Origin: Podarcis vaucheri
Lineage: Eukaryota
Direction: 5' to 3' (one strand)
DNA length: 64,000 nucleotides
NCBI GenBank assembly: GCA_965113315.1
Contig: OZ220364.1
The stretch's first letter is position 1. Every line of letters begins with the position of its first letter. The notes beneath the pieces are model-generated. The model had not been told where the DNA came from and did no database searches. It worked only from the letters and a program-made list of their open reading frames with translations. This document shows positions 60,711 through 64,000 of this stretch, piece after piece. A program made the position numbers and the translations under genes.

Positions 60711-60711
<1 letters not shown>

Positions 60712-60741
<30 letters not shown>

Positions 60742-60756
60742 CTTCTTCTTCTTCTT
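60712..60756. repeat. (CTT)n microsatellite
   Basis: Seen directly. Other microsatellites: (GA)n ~7989-8012 and ~30043-30080, (CT)n 12704-12760 and 45713-45743, (AC)n 50701-50734, (TTA)/(GTA)n ~50774-50823. Confidence 0.95.
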
Positions 60757-61755
60757 TGCTGAGAAATCCTGACCATACAACACCAGTTCAGACATAATGA
60801 TCTCAGTCAAATGGACTATTACAGGTGTTCTTAAACTGGTCCACAGACCACCAGTAGTCCGTGAGCTTTGTTTAAGTGGTCTGCGGATTTGTGGCTGAAG
60901 GGGAGAGATGGCACATCCATTGCATTAAATATTCAAATTGATTTTTAATTGGATTTTTCTTGCTGCTTTCATTTCATGCATTCATTTTATTGGGTTATAA
61001 TTTGAATTATATGGAATTCAAATTGCAATACATTAAATCACAATATATAAGAAATAAAAGAAGCAACAAAAATGCAATTTAAAATTATACAGTACCTAGC
61101 ACAATGCATTGTAAGTGCTACAACCGGCAGAAAAGCAGCTAAGTGGTCCTCCAAGACCCCCAGCGATTTTCAAGCAGTCCGTAGGGGGAGGTTTAGGAAC
61201 CACTGGCCTATTAGACTTGAGAAAAAGTGTTGTCCTCTGGGGGGTTGGGAGAAGCCCCAGAACAGCACCTGGAGGGAAGAGAGGGGGTATTGTTCCATCT
61301 GGCAAGCTGAAATGCTCGCGGCAAAAGAAAGATTATGATAATGTTACCCTGAATTTATTCCTATGTTACAAACCTGGTTTGATTTTTGTTTGCAAGCCAG
61401 GGTTTTAGAAAGAGCTTAAAACACAGTTTCCTGGTTTGGATGTAACAAGAAACTCTGGTCTGACAAACCCTGGAAGTATGGCATTAGGCACACAAGAGAA
61501 GGAAGCAAGGAGTGAGTGGGCACAACACTTCTTCTTTGTCTCTTAAACCACATGGGACAGAGTACCATCACAGCTATCAGTATGTCTGATGCAACCAATA
61601 TTGTAGTAAGGCTTTAAAAAATGGAAAGAAGTGAAAGGATCAAAGAACTAGTCAAGGCTTCAAAAAAATGGATGGGTTGTGTGAGAGCGTTGGGTTTTCT
61701 TAATTAATGTTATCATTTGTAACTGTATACTTATCCCATCTCTTTTTTTTTCAAG

Positions 61756-61937
61756 ACCCAAAAATGGTGGAAAATACTGTGTGGGACGACGAATGAAATT
61801 TAAATCCTGCAACACTGAACCATGTTCAAAGCAAAAGAAAGATTTCCGCGATGAGCAATGTGCAGTCTTTGATGGGAAGCATTTTAACATTAACGGTCTA
61901 CCTCCTAATGTGCGCTGGGTTCCAAAATACAGTGGAA
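61756..61937 (+). CDS. ADAMTS9: ADAMTS9 exon 13 (TSR1 end, Cys-rich start)
   Basis: AAG acceptor after a T-tract; reads [60 protein letters not shown]; donor GAA|GTAAGT; 182 nt. Confidence 0.96.
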
Positions 61938-62714
61938 GTAAGTATATCAAAACAATCTAGCAGTTAGATCAGGGTGGGGAAGCCCAAGTCCAGGAGCTGA
62001 GAAGTTGCCATGAAGGAAATGAAGCCCTCGAGTTTAATGGGTCCCTCATCTGTGGACTAGATGCAAGGAACACACACCTTGCAGCTTAATTCTGTGTATT
62101 GTTCCTAGTCCCAGGGTTGATTCCTGCCACCATTTTTAAGAGCAAAGCCTTAACATGAGGCCTCTCTGCCCCCACAGAAAAGACATTAACAGGGCTAGTT
62201 TGGTTTGACAAAAGCTCCCTTACATTATTTAAATAGCAAGTTACAATATTGGGAGTGGGGGACTGTCAAATGAAGGCAGGCAAGATCTCTAGAGATTTTC
62301 AGGATACAGTGATTTCAACCTTGCAGAATGACAGTCTAAGGAGGAATTTGTGGGGAGCCGCCTCATGATGATTTACTACCGTTGTTCCTCACTGGAGCCC
62401 TGCCTCCGCTGTCCAGTTTACTTTTACCACCTGGCCTAGTAGAATCAGTCACCTGCCTGCAGCCATAGGCCCCTCCACCACCACCACCAACCTGCTGCCG
62501 CCATAACAACTGAGCTGAGAGCAACCCAGCTGGGCAAATGAGTGCCTCGTTTGGTCAAGGCGGTGCTGGCATCTGATTCTTGACCTGTGAGGGAAGGGAC
62601 ATTAGCTCAGAGTTGTGGGAGAGTGAATAAGAGTGTTCTCTCACCATACAAAGTAAGCAACCAGCACTAAATTAACTTGGTTTTCTCCTCTCTCTCCTTT
62701 CTTTCTCTTGGCAG

Positions 62715-62851
62715 TTTTAATGAAAGATAGGTGCAAGCTCTTCTGCAGAGTGGCAGGAAACACGGCGTATTATCAGCTCAGGGACAGAGTTATTGATGGC
62801 ACTCCTTGTGGCCCAGACACAAATGACATCTGTGTACAAGGACTTTGTCGG
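62715..62851 (+). CDS. ADAMTS9: ADAMTS9 exon 14 (Cys-rich domain)
   Basis: Acceptor tggcag|TT; reads [45 protein letters not shown]; donor CGG|GTAAAT; 137 nt. Confidence 0.96.
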
Positions 62852-63762
62852 GTAAATACAGCCTCCTTCGGTTTAACTGGCTAACGCTCTTTGAGGAACC
62901 AGCTCATTCCTCTTCCATGAGTTGGATCCTGAGCGCCTTTCTCCAGGTTTCACAGGTGGGCACACCACCGGTCAGTCAGTCACCTGTGCTCACGACGACC
63001 AGTTTGTGCAAATATGACATCAGATATAGGGCATGTGGGCATGACTTGGCCTAAATGGCTTTGTGGGCCAAATGGGAAGGCCTGGGAGCCCTAATCAGGA
63101 CTAAAGGCTCTATTCCATACTCTTTATCTTAAATTAAACCCAAGAGCCTTGTTATCTGCTTTAGACTGTAATATATCCCCTTTAGGGTTCTGTTTTGTAT
63201 TACCCAGCTGCCTTAACAACCGCGTTTGGTGTATCTTGCCAAAGCCCCAAATCACAAAATAATGAGGGGTTTTAAGTGTATGAGGAGTGAGGTTTCATTC
63301 CCCACATAATAGCCATGATAGGGATGGATGCTGTGAGGCCCTGGTGCATGCCTGTGTGTTGGCTTTGTGCCAGCACCTAGAGGCTTCATACAGTCCAGAC
63401 AGAATCCATTTTGGATGGCAGAAACAGGCCAGTCAGTTCCCAAAATGGATCTGTGGGATATGAACTCCACAGAACCTACGGCATCTAAATCATATAACAG
63501 ATTTTGCTGCTTCCTCTACCATTAAAGTAAAGGATTGTAGTTTCCGTGCCAAAATTGGACCTAACCCCTGACTGAAATGGATCTAGAAAATCATTTTCCC
63601 TGAGAGTGCCTGCCTTCTTCGCTCTCTTCACTGCCACTAGGTAGTCTCGATGATGAACCCTCACCAGTCTTTGATTGCATTTGACTGGAGTTTTCCTCCA
63701 CCACAGCAACTCCCCATCCCCGACCTTCAAGTATGCCCTGAAGCTACACCAAGTTCCCAGGT

Positions 63763-64000
63763 GGGCACAAGTGGCGCTGTGGTCTAAACCACTGAGCCTC
63801 TTGGGCTGGCCGATCAGAAGGTTTGAATCCCCGCGACGGAGTGAGCTCCTGTTGCTCTGTCCTAGCTCCTGCCAACCTTGTAGTTCGAAAGCACACCAGT
63901 GCAAGTAGATAAATAGATACCGCTGTGGTGGGAAGGTAAATGGTGTTTCCGTTCACTCTGGCTTTTGTCACAGTGTTCCATTGTGCCAGAAGCAGTTTAG
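63763..64000 (+). mobile_element. Sauria SINE (cut by window end)
   Basis: Same head and body as 16519 and 32553. Confidence 0.88.

Larger units (their letters stand above)
8951..62851 (+). other. ADAMTS9: ADAMTS9 gene, coding exons 1-14 (3'-partial; gene continues beyond window)
   Basis: 14 exons with GT-AG introns and consistent phases total 2187 nt = 729 codons with no stop. The translation matches my recollection of ADAMTS9: [15 protein letters not shown], RTKRFLSYPR, HELGHVFNMPHD, TSR1 [17 protein letters not shown]. Confidence 0.97.

Noticed and set aside
8951-62851. Gene could be the paralogue ADAMTS20
   Set aside because: The signal peptide, prodomain ([12 protein letters not shown], poly-Ser, GFIAPLFTV) and exons 7-14 match ADAMTS9 as I recall it; only the exon 6 loop is ADAMTS20-like.

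Overview
Vertebrate genomic DNA, very probably from a squamate (lizard; the Sauria SINE, BovB, CR1, L2 and MITE content fits a lacertid, which is an inference). The window holds ~9 kb of upstream sequence, a CpG-rich promoter, and coding exons 1-14 of ADAMTS9 on the + strand (8951..62851). All 13 complete introns are GT-AG and the phases join into one open frame of 2187 nt (729 codons): signal peptide, prodomain with the furin site RTKR|FLSY, metalloprotease domain with HELGHVFNMPHD, disintegrin-like domain, TSR1 and the start of the Cys-rich domain. The gene continues past the window end. The introns are dense with transposable elements, many with readable target-site duplications (TSDs) and nesting. 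Most notable: (1) a complete 2.14-kb, TSD-flanked L1 derivative in intron 5 with an open ORF1-like frame but almost no ORF2 (half-L1-like); (2) a Penelope-like fragment carrying a minimal hammerhead ribozyme core; (3) a TA-flanked Tc/mariner-type element carrying a ~150-bp satellite with dimeric higher-order structure; (4) a MITE inserted into its own family member in reverse, forming a long hairpin; (5) a sense-oriented solo LTR. I found nothing that is demonstrably a new biological system. These are candidates that need database checks, and comparisons to human proteins and repeat families are from memory.
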